Source of the DNA: a bacterium
GTDB taxonomy: Bacteria; Electryoneota; Electryoneia; Electryoneales; Electryoneaceae
Reading direction: 5' to 3'
NCBI GenBank assembly: GCA_963669175.1
Contig: OY769902.1
Coordinates: forward strand, 4,224,001 to 4,288,000
Length of the DNA: 64,000 bases
The notes beneath the pieces were generated by a model, which was given only the letters and a program-made list of their open reading frames with translations, did no database searches and was not told the origin of the DNA. A program made the translations under genes and the position numbers. Shown one piece after another: positions 27,703 to 37,465 of this stretch. Within the stretch, counting starts at the first letter, position 1. Each line of letters opens with the position of its first letter.

Positions 27703-30357
27703 ATGTTTACAAACATCGCACGGGCCGCTGGCCCGTTTTTATTGTTGACCGGATTATTACTGGCAGCCCCTGCAATCGCAGCCGATTCGCCAATCATTCC
27801 CGGGTGTGCAGTTATCCATTTTGCCACTGTCCCCTCTTGGCAGTCGGCCGATCTGGCTTCCTCCGCCCCGACTGGTTACGCGCCCTTGGATGCAGCCTTG
27901 AAATCCATGGAAGTCAGATCTTTCCGGCATGAATTCGGACCGGTCGAAACAGGGTATCGTGTGCTGCGGTATGATCCGGAAATTCCGTTTGAAGTGATTC
28001 AGCAGGCCTTTGCACCTATTCCCGGCATACTTGCTGTGGAGCCGGACATCGCCCGTCCTGTCGCATCTTATACACGCAGACCGAATGATTTTCTGTTGCC
28101 CGCCCAATGGCATCATGAGGCGATCAACTCACTGCGTGGGTGGGGAATTGTGAACGGTAGCGACGACGTTGTCATTGGCATCATTGACAGCGGGGTCGAG
28201 TACATACACCCTGATCTCGCCCCGATCATGTGGGTAAATGAAGCGGAAGACTTGAACGGTGACGGCACCTATAGCATGTATGACATGGATTTAGAGGATA
28301 ACGACGGCAACGGGTATATCGATGATGTACTCGGCTACGACTGGGTTGACATTTCAACTGATCTGCTCTATCCCGGTGAAGACGGCGCACCACAGGATTC
28401 CGACCCTGCCGATTTCGGTGGTCATGGCACCCACTGCGCGGGAGATGCGGGAGCAGCCGGATTCAACCATATCGGCGTAACCTCAGCCGGATCAGGATGC
28501 CGGATTGCCGCACTCCGTGCGGGATACACAGGCGCAAGCGGTCAGGGGTATGTTGGGCTGTCTGCCGCAACAAGCGCTGTCTATTACGCGATCAACATGG
28601 ATTTTAATGTTCTGAGCATGAGCTTCGGTGGTTCCGGCAGCAGTCCGAGCTATTTCTTCAACGCCATGCAGGCAGCAGCCGACTCCGGCATTGTCCTTTT
28701 GGGCGCAGCAGGAAATGAATCTTCGTCCACGCCATCCTATCCCGCAGCCAATCCCTTTGTCATCGCGGTCGCCTCATCACAGGAAGGCAACACCCTCTCT
28801 ACTTTCAGCAACTACGGCGACTGGGTCACGATTACTTCACCCGGCACACAGATACGCAGCACACAGATCGGCCTCGGGTATGGCAACATGGACGGCACCT
28901 CTATGGCCTGCCCGGTTGCGGCGGGAGTAGTCGCACAGTTGAAAGCGCTGCGTCCTGAGTGGGGTTATGATGAAATCGTCGCCCGTCTGTCCGAAACCGC
29001 ACAACCTATGAACCAGTATGGAACCGGGGCAGGACTGATTGACTTTGGCGCTGCGGTGGACATGTTTGTCAGTGTGGATTCGCTTTGGACTGTCAATGCA
29101 AACGATGGTAATCGTTTGCATTTCGATGAAACCGGAACCCTGGGAATCCGCTGGCACAAACGTGATGGTAGCGCAACCAATGTGCTGCTTGAATTATCAA
29201 ACGAGGACGAACGTATCTACCTGGAAACCGAAGCGTTTACTATCGGTGATGTATCCGGGGGTGAATCGGGAACCTGCGAAACTGAGATTACCATCAGTTC
29301 CGGCTCATTGAATTTGGAAACCTTTGAATTCAATGCCACCATTTCAGGATCGGATGAGAACAACGAGTTTTTCACCTATAACCAGGTTCTTACTTTCAGG
29401 GTCGGAGCTGCCCAGGCGCTGGTGATCAATGCGGATCAGGGCGGAAAGGAGCGCATCGATTACTGGCTGCAGGAAACCCTTGAGACAGCGGAATATGAAG
29501 TTGAAGTTATAGTCCGTGATGATATCCAGGATCTTCCCAGCCTGCTGGATGAATACGATATGGTCATCACGTTGACCGGAACAGCCGAAACTGACCTGAT
29601 ATCCAGTGACGATTACGCCTCCTACGCCTCCTATGTCGCTCAGGGCGGACACTGGCTGCCAAGCGGGCAGAATGTGGCGCAGGATCTGGCGACCTCTTCC
29701 CCATTAACCCTGGACACGCTTTTCCATGTTGACTATATCGCAGAGCATGCCAACCGTCTGGCTATTCACGGCATCGACGAACAGGAGCTGACTGCTGATT
29801 TGTACCTTGTCATGGCCGGTCCGGGCGGCGCCTGGAACCAGACCAGCATGGATGTACTGAATGCTCGTGAGGGCGCCACGCCCCTATTCGTGTACAACCC
29901 TGACACACCGGATGAGCTTGGTGGTGTACTGATACGAAGAGGGTTGGGTGAAATAGCCTATTGTGCTTTTGGTCTGGAGGGGATCAACGACTCCACACAG
30001 ACAGCCTCAAAAAGGGAGGATTTCCTGATCAGGCTTTTCACTCACTGGGGAAATCCGAGTTCTGTACAGCAAACCACAGACGGCAACACTCCGGACGATT
30101 TCACCTTTAAAAACCTGTGGCCGAATCCGACCAATGGCTTTGTTACCCTGGATTTCTCCCTTTCACATACGGGCATTGTCACATTCACCCTGTATGATAT
30201 CCTGGGGCGCGAAATTCTGATGAGGAAGAACCATTATCATCCCGGTAGTCATTCACTATCACTTGAGTTGCCCCCTCAGCTCGCCAGTGGGCAATATTTC
30301 ATCAGGGTCGCAGGCAGAAATGCCCAGCAAGTACGTACCTTTACGCTGATCAAGTAG
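27703..30357 (+). CDS. Secreted S8 serine protease with T9SS-type C-terminal domain
   Basis: Triad IIDSG / HGTHCAG / GTSMA; C-terminal WPNP.N...YDILGR...SGQYFIR. Confidence 0.92.
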   Translation: MFTNIARAAGPFLLLTGLLLAAPAIAADSPIIPGCAVIHFATVPSWQSADLASSAPTGYAPLDAALKSMEVRSFRHEFGPVETGYRVLRYDPEIPFEVIQQAFAPIPGILAVEPDIARPVASYTRRPNDFLLPAQWHHEAINSLRGWGIVNGSDDVVIGIIDSGVEYIHPDLAPIMWVNEAEDLNGDGTYSMYDMDLEDNDGNGYIDDVLGYDWVDISTDLLYPGEDGAPQDSDPADFGGHGTHCAGDAGAAGFNHIGVTSAGSGCRIAALRAGYTGASGQGYVGLSAATSAVYYAINMDFNVLSMSFGGSGSSPSYFFNAMQAAADSGIVLLGAAGNESSSTPSYPAANPFVIAVASSQEGNTLSTFSNYGDWVTITSPGTQIRSTQIGLGYGNMDGTSMACPVAAGVVAQLKALRPEWGYDEIVARLSETAQPMNQYGTGAGLIDFGAAVDMFVSVDSLWTVNANDGNRLHFDETGTLGIRWHKRDGSATNVLLELSNEDERIYLETEAFTIGDVSGGESGTCETEITISSGSLNLETFEFNATISGSDENNEFFTYNQVLTFRVGAAQALVINADQGGKERIDYWLQETLETAEYEVEVIVRDDIQDLPSLLDEYDMVITLTGTAETDLISSDDYASYASYVAQGGHWLPSGQNVAQDLATSSPLTLDTLFHVDYIAEHANRLAIHGIDEQELTADLYLVMAGPGGAWNQTSMDVLNAREGATPLFVYNPDTPDELGGVLIRRGLGEIAYCAFGLEGINDSTQTASKREDFLIRLFTHWGNPSSVQQTTDGNTPDDFTFKNLWPNPTNGFVTLDFSLSHTGIVTFTLYDILGREILMRKNHYHPGSHSLSLELPPQLASGQYFIRVAGRNAQQVRTFTLIK

Positions 30358-30374
30358 CGTCAGGAGGAGAACAC

Positions 30375-31724
30375 ATGATCCTGCATGCGGCCGTAGTGGT
30401 TTGTGATGCTGAAGGTACCATCTATTCACCCGGCGCGGTACGGATAAAACGTACCGGCTCAGACCGTGGCTGTATCCTTGCAGCCGGTCCCCAATCCAAA
30501 GTCACCCCGGTTCCGGGCGAACCTGTCCTGGACCTTGGCCCACTCTGGCTTATACCCGGGTTGATTCAGGCCCATGTCCACCTGAATCAGACCTTGTTTC
30601 GTGGCCTCGCGGAAGGGTACCAACTGCTGGATTGGTTGCGTAAACGTATCTGGCCGTTGGAAGCGGCCCATGACTACGCATCCGTCTATGCCTCCGCACG
30701 TCAGAGTCTTGCCGAGATGATGTTGAACGGTTGCACCTCCGCCCTGACCATGGAATCTACGCATCACACCCAGGCCGCGTTCGATGCCTGCCAGGAAATG
30801 GGGATTCGCGCCCGAGTCGGAACTGCGCTAATGGATCGTACCGCGTCCGGGATGCCTGAAGCATTGTACCGTGGCGGGTTCGAAGCGCTGGTGGAAATGG
30901 TCGTATACGATCGTGAATATGGGGATGAGACTGACGAACGTGTGCGTGGGTGCGTCGCGCCTCGTTTTGTCCTGTCCTGCACGGATGACCTGTTTGAGAA
31001 AAGTATCGAAATCGCTTCCGAACATGATATGATCTGGCATTCCCATGTATCCGAAAACAGCATGGAATGTGAAGAGGTTCGTAAACAGACCGGAATGAAC
31101 AATCTCGAGTACTTCGGTCACATCGGGGCGTTGGGGCATAGCACGTCCCTGGCGCATGGTGTCTGGTTGACTGAAGCCGAGATTGAAATGGCAGCACGTG
31201 AAGGCGTGACCATTTTGCATTGCCCCTCGACCAACCTGAAATTGGGCAGCGGGATTTCCGATACCATGCACCTGCTGAATAAAGGTGTAACTGTAGCGCT
31301 TGGATCGGATGGCGCCCCCTGTAATAACCGTCTGGATATCTTTGATGAGATTCGTCTTGCCGGAAAGCTGGCGCTTCTGAAAGCCGGACCGGACAAGGTT
31401 GATCCGGCGAAAATTTTTGGTTTTGCCACATCAGGCGGAGCGAAAGCGCTTGGGCTGGATGGGAAAATCGGACGGGTTGCCGAAAATCATTTTGCGGACC
31501 TGGTCGCCATTAATCCCGGCTCGTTCGTAGGGGAAGCCTCTGATCCCGAACGTATCTATTCGCATCTCGTGTTCGCAGCGTCCGGTTCGGATGTTCAACA
31601 TGTCTGGATCGACGGGAAACAGGTTGTGAAGGATCGTGCCCTTCAGACTGTGGACCCGGCCGAAATTCTGGACGATTACAAGCGCCAGCGAACTGCGCTG
31701 CTGCACCGGGTCGATCTGCCGTAA
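30375..31724 (+). CDS. Amidohydrolase, MTA/SAH or 5'-deoxyadenosine deaminase family
   Basis: PGLIQAHVH, HSHVSE, LAHGVW, HCPSTNLKLGSG, LGSDG. Confidence 0.88.
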   Translation: MILHAAVVVCDAEGTIYSPGAVRIKRTGSDRGCILAAGPQSKVTPVPGEPVLDLGPLWLIPGLIQAHVHLNQTLFRGLAEGYQLLDWLRKRIWPLEAAHDYASVYASARQSLAEMMLNGCTSALTMESTHHTQAAFDACQEMGIRARVGTALMDRTASGMPEALYRGGFEALVEMVVYDREYGDETDERVRGCVAPRFVLSCTDDLFEKSIEIASEHDMIWHSHVSENSMECEEVRKQTGMNNLEYFGHIGALGHSTSLAHGVWLTEAEIEMAAREGVTILHCPSTNLKLGSGISDTMHLLNKGVTVALGSDGAPCNNRLDIFDEIRLAGKLALLKAGPDKVDPAKIFGFATSGGAKALGLDGKIGRVAENHFADLVAINPGSFVGEASDPERIYSHLVFAASGSDVQHVWIDGKQVVKDRALQTVDPAEILDDYKRQRTALLHRVDLP

Positions 31725-31859
31725 GTTGGTTTCAAACAATAGTCAGTCTTGAAGACAGTGTTGCATCTTCACAACAACTTAATTTTTAATGAATTGCGAT
31801 TCATTCTTTTACAATAGCGCCTCGCTGAACAACAGCGTTTCCGGATGACAGGGTAGCGG

Positions 31860-32101
31860 CGAAAAATGGGACTGCTACCATATCATCTTTATCAAATCGG
31901 TACTTTGAATCAATAGTTGCCGAAATGGTAGCTGTACCGGATTTTTCGTCAGCTAGTTGTTCGAGATCAGCCGAAAATCCTGGGACAGCTACCTTTTCTG
32001 CCATGTGTTTACGATTTGAAAGCCAGTTTTCACCTGTACCCCGTCATTACCCTTGTATTCAGATATGTCTCTTGCAGAAAAGTGTAGCAGTCCCGATTTT
32101 C
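31860..32101. repeat. Degenerate array of GGGAC(T/A)GCTAC-type REPs in mixed orientation
   Basis: gggactgctacc, ggtagctgtacc, gggacagctacc, cacctgtacccc, gtagcagtccc at about 50-60 bp spacing; another single copy near 42304. Confidence 0.6.
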
Positions 32102-32187
32102 CTGCGGATCTAGTCGCATGCTTCGATTCTTTCGAGCTTCACCACAGGCCCATCCTGATTTCTTTATCAACACTAAGGTCAATGCTA

Positions 32188-33789
32188 CTACTTTTCACAC
32201 GCACAAGCGAGACCGGCCGGCATCTCCTTTGCTTCTTTCGGGCGCGGACGGCCATGATAGACATCAAAGGCCAACGGCAATCGCTGCATGACATCCCCTG
32301 CCATCAAACCGGTTGAGCCGATCTCTTCGACAGCCAGGTCCCCGGCCATCCCATGCAACGCCGTTCCCGCAACAGCGGCCATTACCGGGAAAACACCCTG
32401 TGCCAGCAGTCCGGCAATGGTTCCGGTCAGCACATCCCCCATACCAGCCGTAGCCATACCCGGATTACCAACCATCAGCGCATATACGGGCACTCCCGGT
32501 CCGGTAACCAGCGTAGGAACTCCTTTCAATAACAAGACAGCGTTCCATTCGTTGGCGTATTTCCGCAGGATTGCGACACGATCCCGGCTGATTTCTTTCA
32601 CTGAAAGCCCGGTCAGGCGTGCGAATTCACCGATATGGGGAGTCAGGATGATATCCGGATTGAGTTTCTGCAACAGCTCCGGTTTTTGCGCCAGGGCGTT
32701 CAGGCCATCCGCATCAATAACCATCGGCTTCTTGACTGTTTCTACCTGGTGCTGAACCCAGGCAACCGTATCAGGATGTTGCGTCAGTCCCGGCCCGAAC
32801 GCCAGCACAGCCGCCCATTCCTTGGCATCTTTGAGCACTTCTTCCGATTCAGGAATCATGCTTCCTGCGTCATTTTCCGGCAACGGGATAGTCATAACCT
32901 CCGGGTGATGTCCGGCCAGGGTTAATTGCACCGATTCGGGTGTGGCGGCCTTGACCATTCCCGCCCCTGCACGCAGGCACGCTCCCGCGGTCAACGCTGC
33001 CGCGCCGGACATGCCACGCGATCCCGCGACGACCAGCACATACCCGGCATCTCCCTTGTAGGCCGACCTGCGACGATGCGGCAGGATATGGTGAATGTCG
33101 ATCTCGTCCATCAGGTAAAGATCGGTATCCGAATCTTTCATGAATTCAGGCGGGATCTGAATATCGACAACTTCAACCTTCCCGGTATAGTCCAAGCCCG
33201 GCGCCAGCACCAACCCGGCCTTCAAACCGCCAAAGGTCGCGGTCACATCAGCGAAAACGACTGGCCCTTCCACTGCACCTGTGGCGCCATTAACACCGGA
33301 AGGAATATCAACCGCCAGGACAGGGGCATCATGTTCGTTGATGGCGTTGATCGCATCGGCATAAATGCCCTTTACCGCGCCATGCAGGCCGGTCCCCATG
33401 ATGGCGTCAACAATCAGATCAGCGGGTGGCAATTCGGCAAGCTGATCCGAGCTGCTTACATCAACTACACGCCCGCCCAAGCGTTCATATACCTGGAGAT
33501 TCTGCAGCGCATCCCCTTTGATCCGGTCACGATCCGCCAGCAGGTACACAACCGGGTGCGCATACAGGTTGAACAACCTGCGAGCTACGGCATACCCGTC
33601 CCCACCGTTATTCCCCGGTCCGCAAAACACAAGAACATCTGCACCCTGTACGTCATCCAACAGCTTTTCACAATGTTCCGCTGCACCACATGCGGCCAGT
33701 TCCATCAGAACCATGCCCGGCAAGCCGAGATCTTCAATCGTCCGGCGATCCAACTCCCGCATCTGTTCCGGTGTAAATACGTGTTGCAC
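32188..33789 (-). CDS. nnr: Bifunctional NAD(P)H-hydrate epimerase/dehydratase (YjeF)
   Basis: LMELA, CGPGNNGGDG, DAIMGTG, AVDIPSG, IDADGL, LTPHIGEF, MATAGMGDVLTG. GTG start after gggagg. Confidence 0.95.
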   Translation of the reverse strand: MQHVFTPEQMRELDRRTIEDLGLPGMVLMELAACGAAEHCEKLLDDVQGADVLVFCGPGNNGGDGYAVARRLFNLYAHPVVYLLADRDRIKGDALQNLQVYERLGGRVVDVSSSDQLAELPPADLIVDAIMGTGLHGAVKGIYADAINAINEHDAPVLAVDIPSGVNGATGAVEGPVVFADVTATFGGLKAGLVLAPGLDYTGKVEVVDIQIPPEFMKDSDTDLYLMDEIDIHHILPHRRRSAYKGDAGYVLVVAGSRGMSGAAALTAGACLRAGAGMVKAATPESVQLTLAGHHPEVMTIPLPENDAGSMIPESEEVLKDAKEWAAVLAFGPGLTQHPDTVAWVQHQVETVKKPMVIDADGLNALAQKPELLQKLNPDIILTPHIGEFARLTGLSVKEISRDRVAILRKYANEWNAVLLLKGVPTLVTGPGVPVYALMVGNPGMATAGMGDVLTGTIAGLLAQGVFPVMAAVAGTALHGMAGDLAVEEIGSTGLMAGDVMQRLPLAFDVYHGRPRPKEAKEMPAGLACACEK

Positions 33790-33921
33790 AATCCCCTCCC
33801 ACTGATGGACCGTTTCAATTGTTCTTTCCCTGAAAATAGGGGTAGCCCCAAAGCGCTGCAAGAATGAGAAAAGAGTTTCCAATATTCATGCGGGTCAAAC
33901 CGTGATAGTGTATATTCCCTC

Positions 33922-34443
33922 ATGCCAACATTAACAGAAGCATCACAACCACAGACTATCCCCACCATCCTTGGGATTGATCCCGGAACCCAGGTGACCG
34001 GTTGGGGAATCATCACCGCGACCAAACGTCCCCAGATGATAGGTTGTGGCGCAATCCGTACCAAGTCCGGCGACCCCCTGGAACTTCGGCTGCACCATAT
34101 CTTTTCGGAAATCGATGAGCTGCTGGTCCGTTTCGCGCCGATCACCCTTGCTGTAGAAGACCCGTTTGTGGGAAAAAATCCGCGAAGTGCGCTGGTTCTT
34201 GGGCAGGCACGCGGTGTTGTCCTGGTTGCCGGTGTGCGACGTGGGGTTCCAGTCGCGCATTACCCGCCACGATCTGTAAAATCCGCCATTGTCGGCAAAG
34301 GCAGCGCGTCCAAGGAGCAGGTCCAGTTCATGGTGCAGAAACTATTGGGATTAAAGGAAGCGCCCAAGCCTCTGGACGCCTCCGATGCGGTGGCGGTAGC
34401 GTTGTGTCATCTTCACCGTGGCCGAATCGCGCGACGTTTCTGA
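33922..34443 (+). CDS. ruvC: Holliday junction resolvase RuvC
   Basis: ILGIDPG, AVEDPF, LGQARG, GKGSASKEQV, DASDAVAVALCH. Confidence 0.96.
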   Translation: MPTLTEASQPQTIPTILGIDPGTQVTGWGIITATKRPQMIGCGAIRTKSGDPLELRLHHIFSEIDELLVRFAPITLAVEDPFVGKNPRSALVLGQARGVVLVAGVRRGVPVAHYPPRSVKSAIVGKGSASKEQVQFMVQKLLGLKEAPKPLDASDAVAVALCHLHRGRIARRF

Positions 34444-34474
34444 AGCTGTACACTACCAGGATGGGCAGAATCGA

Positions 34475-35178
34475 GCAAGAATTCACAGGATGGACAGGAT
34501 GAAAAGGATATAACAGGATAAAAACATAAAACATTAATTATTAAAAATTTTTTCTCTATTGTTCTATTGTTGTAGTGCCGTAGTGTTGTAGTGTTGTAGT
34601 GTTCTATACTGTTTCTTGAAAGTATTGTCTTGTGCGAGAAGCAACCACACAAAGCTGTAAATGCGAATTCAACACATCCATTTCGCAGATATGCGACATT
34701 ACTTTCAAGCATTACTATAATATGTATGTCTTTACAATACAAGTGTGATTTATTGTTATAAATTAAGGCTGCTCACAAGAATTTGTGCATATTATCAACG
34801 AGCACGTTTCGTCAGGTCTTGACGTGATGCCTTATTCATGTTCTTCTCCGCAATTTCAGACACAAGTCCAACTTCACAACTGCTATTTCGCATGATAGAT
34901 CGTCATCAGGCATCACGTTGTGACCTGACGACAGCGAGAATGCAAATACCAGTGGCAGGTCACAACGCGACAATAACAGGACAAGAGGTGTTTCAGCATC
35001 ATCGTGCATTCTGAAATACATAGCGAAAGCAGAAAACAGAATGTCGCGTCAAGACCTGCCACAACATTGCCCTGATGCACAAATTCTTGTGAGGAACCTA
35101 AATTAATTTGCAACTAATTTCTTATGTTTTTATCCTTAATCCTTATCAGTTCATCCTTTTCATCCTGTAAATTCCTGC
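34475..35178. repeat. Element bounded by about 60-bp imperfect IRs rich in (C)AGGAT, enclosing a TTGTAGTG microsatellite, a hairpin and a MITE
   Basis: Left gcaagaattcacaggatggacaggatg...aggataaaaacata vs reverse complement of right gcaggaatttacaggatgaaaaggatg...aggataaaaacata. Confidence 0.65.
34767..35098. mobile_element. MITE (IS1595-like ends), copy 1
   Basis: 24-bp TIR ggctgctcacaagaatttgtgcat / atgcacaaattcttgtgaggaacc; 8-bp TSD TAAATTAA. Confidence 0.85.
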
Positions 35179-35191
35179 GAGCATGCCAGCG

Positions 35192-37456
35192 TTAACGTAA
35201 AAGCACCACTCGTGTCAGGCTTATCCATTCCGTACCGGCCTGCACCCGGATAAAGTATGTACCGGACGCGACCTTCGCATACCACTGAAACTCATGCCAA
35301 CCTGCATCCAGACGATCATCATACAGAACGCAGTGCCGTCTGCCAAGAATATCATAGATTTCAGCCCTGACATGCTCCGCACGGGGTACTGCAAGAGTAA
35401 TCCGCACCTGTTGATTGAAAGGGTTGGGGTGAGGCGGATACAACTTGAACTGCAGAGGTAGAGTTTCGGATTGCTTTCCCACAACATCCAGCATGTTGAA
35501 ATTCCACACCTGGTTTGACAGGGTACAATGTCCACGCGTATCGACTGCTTTTACGCGCCAGGAATACCTTGAACCAGAAGGCGATAATTCGTTCTCATAA
35601 ACGACGATTGCCGTATCCGAACCGGTGGGCCACACCATGGGATTATCGAAGCTGCCGTTGGGGGAAAGCTCAAGGAAATAAGTGACAGAATCATCCGTAC
35701 TGCAGTCGATCGTGGCATCCCATACGAATAGTATTGAATCCCGAATTCCAGTATCGTTGGGTGGCGAATCCAGGTTGAAAGCACAAGGCGCCAGTCCGAT
35801 ATCCGTGACGGTCAGAGTTCGAGTTTCACTGGTCCAATCCATCCACACATTGTCATAGGCAGTCACGCGCCAATAGTAGGTGCATTCCGGCTCCAGGTTT
35901 TCGACAATGTGGTTTTCTCCTGTAATGAACCAGTATTTATCTGATGAAGTAAACTGTGGCGTCAGGGAAATCTCAAGCATGTAGTCTATTTCATCATCGG
36001 GGTTAGGATCATTGGCTGCCAGCCAACTGAATCGAACCGGCAGGGTGTCGTTCATACTACCGTTTTCCGGCCAGAGAAGCTCAAACGGTTCTGGCGGCTC
36101 CATGATATTGCAGGGCTCGGTACAGAATGGAAGGATGTCCAGTTCGATAGCAACGGTATCCCCTTGTCCGTCTTCATTTTGCAGGATATGATAGGGACCG
36201 GAAGCATGCCCCCAGTAGTTATTTTCCACATTATACTGCGGCGTTGCAAGAATTGGATAGCCAACTGCATATCCAATATTTCCATGAAAATCGTTGTCAG
36301 TGGCAGATAAACAAACATCAGTACTATTGGCAATTAAAACTCCTTTCCCCGCATTTTCGCCCTCACTTTGAACCACATTGTCTCTGAATACGTTGTCTCG
36401 CAATTGAAGCACAAAATTAATACTATTGACACAGTTCAGACTGATAATGCTTTTTTCTGTTTCATTTCCTTCATAATAATTCCCTTCAATTCTCCCATAT
36501 GCTCTTAAACATGAAACAGAACCATATGTACTCGCATAATTATTATAAAAACCATTATTATATATTTTTATCGTACTATCATAATCACAAACATATATCA
36601 AGCCACCATATGGGCTCACAATGTTATCAGGAATTTCATTATTTCCAAAATAACATTCTCGTATTAAAAGATCATCATAGCCATAACATTCTATAGCGCT
36701 GGCTGATCCTCTTGAGATGTTTCCATCAAAACGGCATCGTACGATCTGATTATCAGTTTGTAAAAAATCAATAACCATGACACCCCCTTCTTCCTCTGCT
36801 TCATTGGCAAGGAAGATACTTTGGGCGCAATTAAACCTTCCTCCGTACAGGTATACTACTCCCCCATCACTTCCAGCGTAATTATCAATAAACTGGCATT
36901 GGGCGATGTCAAGAGAAGAATATGCCGCATAGAAGACAGCGCCATCGTTTTCCGTTTGATTGTTTTTAAAAATGCAATTATCGACGTTTGCAATTGCAGC
37001 ATCAGACAAGTAGACTGCACCGTAATGGGTGACCGCATGGTTTTCAACAACACAGTGGTCAAGGTTCAGAATACCAGAGTAAATGGTAATAGCGTGGCCC
37101 TGTTCATCCGGATCACGTGAAAGAGTAAATCCTGAAATGGTGACTGCATCCTGCGCCCCCAGGCTCAGGTATAATGTTGGCGAATCATCTTCCCCTTCCC
37201 ATGTTGTCCGATAAATCAATAAAGAATCTTGATGAAGAAGGTATTCACTGGTAATAAACAGATCCTGCGGTGTAATGTAGACTGACTCATGGTATGTCCC
37301 GGGCGCGACCAGTATTGTATCGTTGTCAACAGCAGTATTCACCGCAGACTGAATAGTATCGTAATGCTGCGGAACCCTGTGGATCGTTGCCCGCGATCCT
37401 TGCCAGATCCCGAAAAGTGCAAGTAATGTGAGAAGTAGTGTTTTTCTTCCCTGCAT
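35192..37456 (-). CDS. Secreted right-handed beta-helix protein with FN3-like repeats and T9SS-type C-terminal domain (paralog 3)
   Basis: VPQHYDTIQSAV...PGTY; F..N.A...GG repeats; NNYWG; YYWRV repeats; PNPFN C-terminal domain. Confidence 0.85.
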   Translation of the reverse strand: MQGRKTLLLTLLALFGIWQGSRATIHRVPQHYDTIQSAVNTAVDNDTILVAPGTYHESVYITPQDLFITSEYLLHQDSLLIYRTTWEGEDDSPTLYLSLGAQDAVTISGFTLSRDPDEQGHAITIYSGILNLDHCVVENHAVTHYGAVYLSDAAIANVDNCIFKNNQTENDGAVFYAAYSSLDIAQCQFIDNYAGSDGGVVYLYGGRFNCAQSIFLANEAEEEGGVMVIDFLQTDNQIVRCRFDGNISRGSASAIECYGYDDLLIRECYFGNNEIPDNIVSPYGGLIYVCDYDSTIKIYNNGFYNNYASTYGSVSCLRAYGRIEGNYYEGNETEKSIISLNCVNSINFVLQLRDNVFRDNVVQSEGENAGKGVLIANSTDVCLSATDNDFHGNIGYAVGYPILATPQYNVENNYWGHASGPYHILQNEDGQGDTVAIELDILPFCTEPCNIMEPPEPFELLWPENGSMNDTLPVRFSWLAANDPNPDDEIDYMLEISLTPQFTSSDKYWFITGENHIVENLEPECTYYWRVTAYDNVWMDWTSETRTLTVTDIGLAPCAFNLDSPPNDTGIRDSILFVWDATIDCSTDDSVTYFLELSPNGSFDNPMVWPTGSDTAIVVYENELSPSGSRYSWRVKAVDTRGHCTLSNQVWNFNMLDVVGKQSETLPLQFKLYPPHPNPFNQQVRITLAVPRAEHVRAEIYDILGRRHCVLYDDRLDAGWHEFQWYAKVASGTYFIRVQAGTEWISLTRVVLLR

Positions 37457-37465
37457 AATGTTCCC

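Noticed and set aside
31860-32101. Degenerate CRISPR array
   Set aside because: Units are only about 12 bp, switch orientation and are poorly conserved; this fits REPs better.
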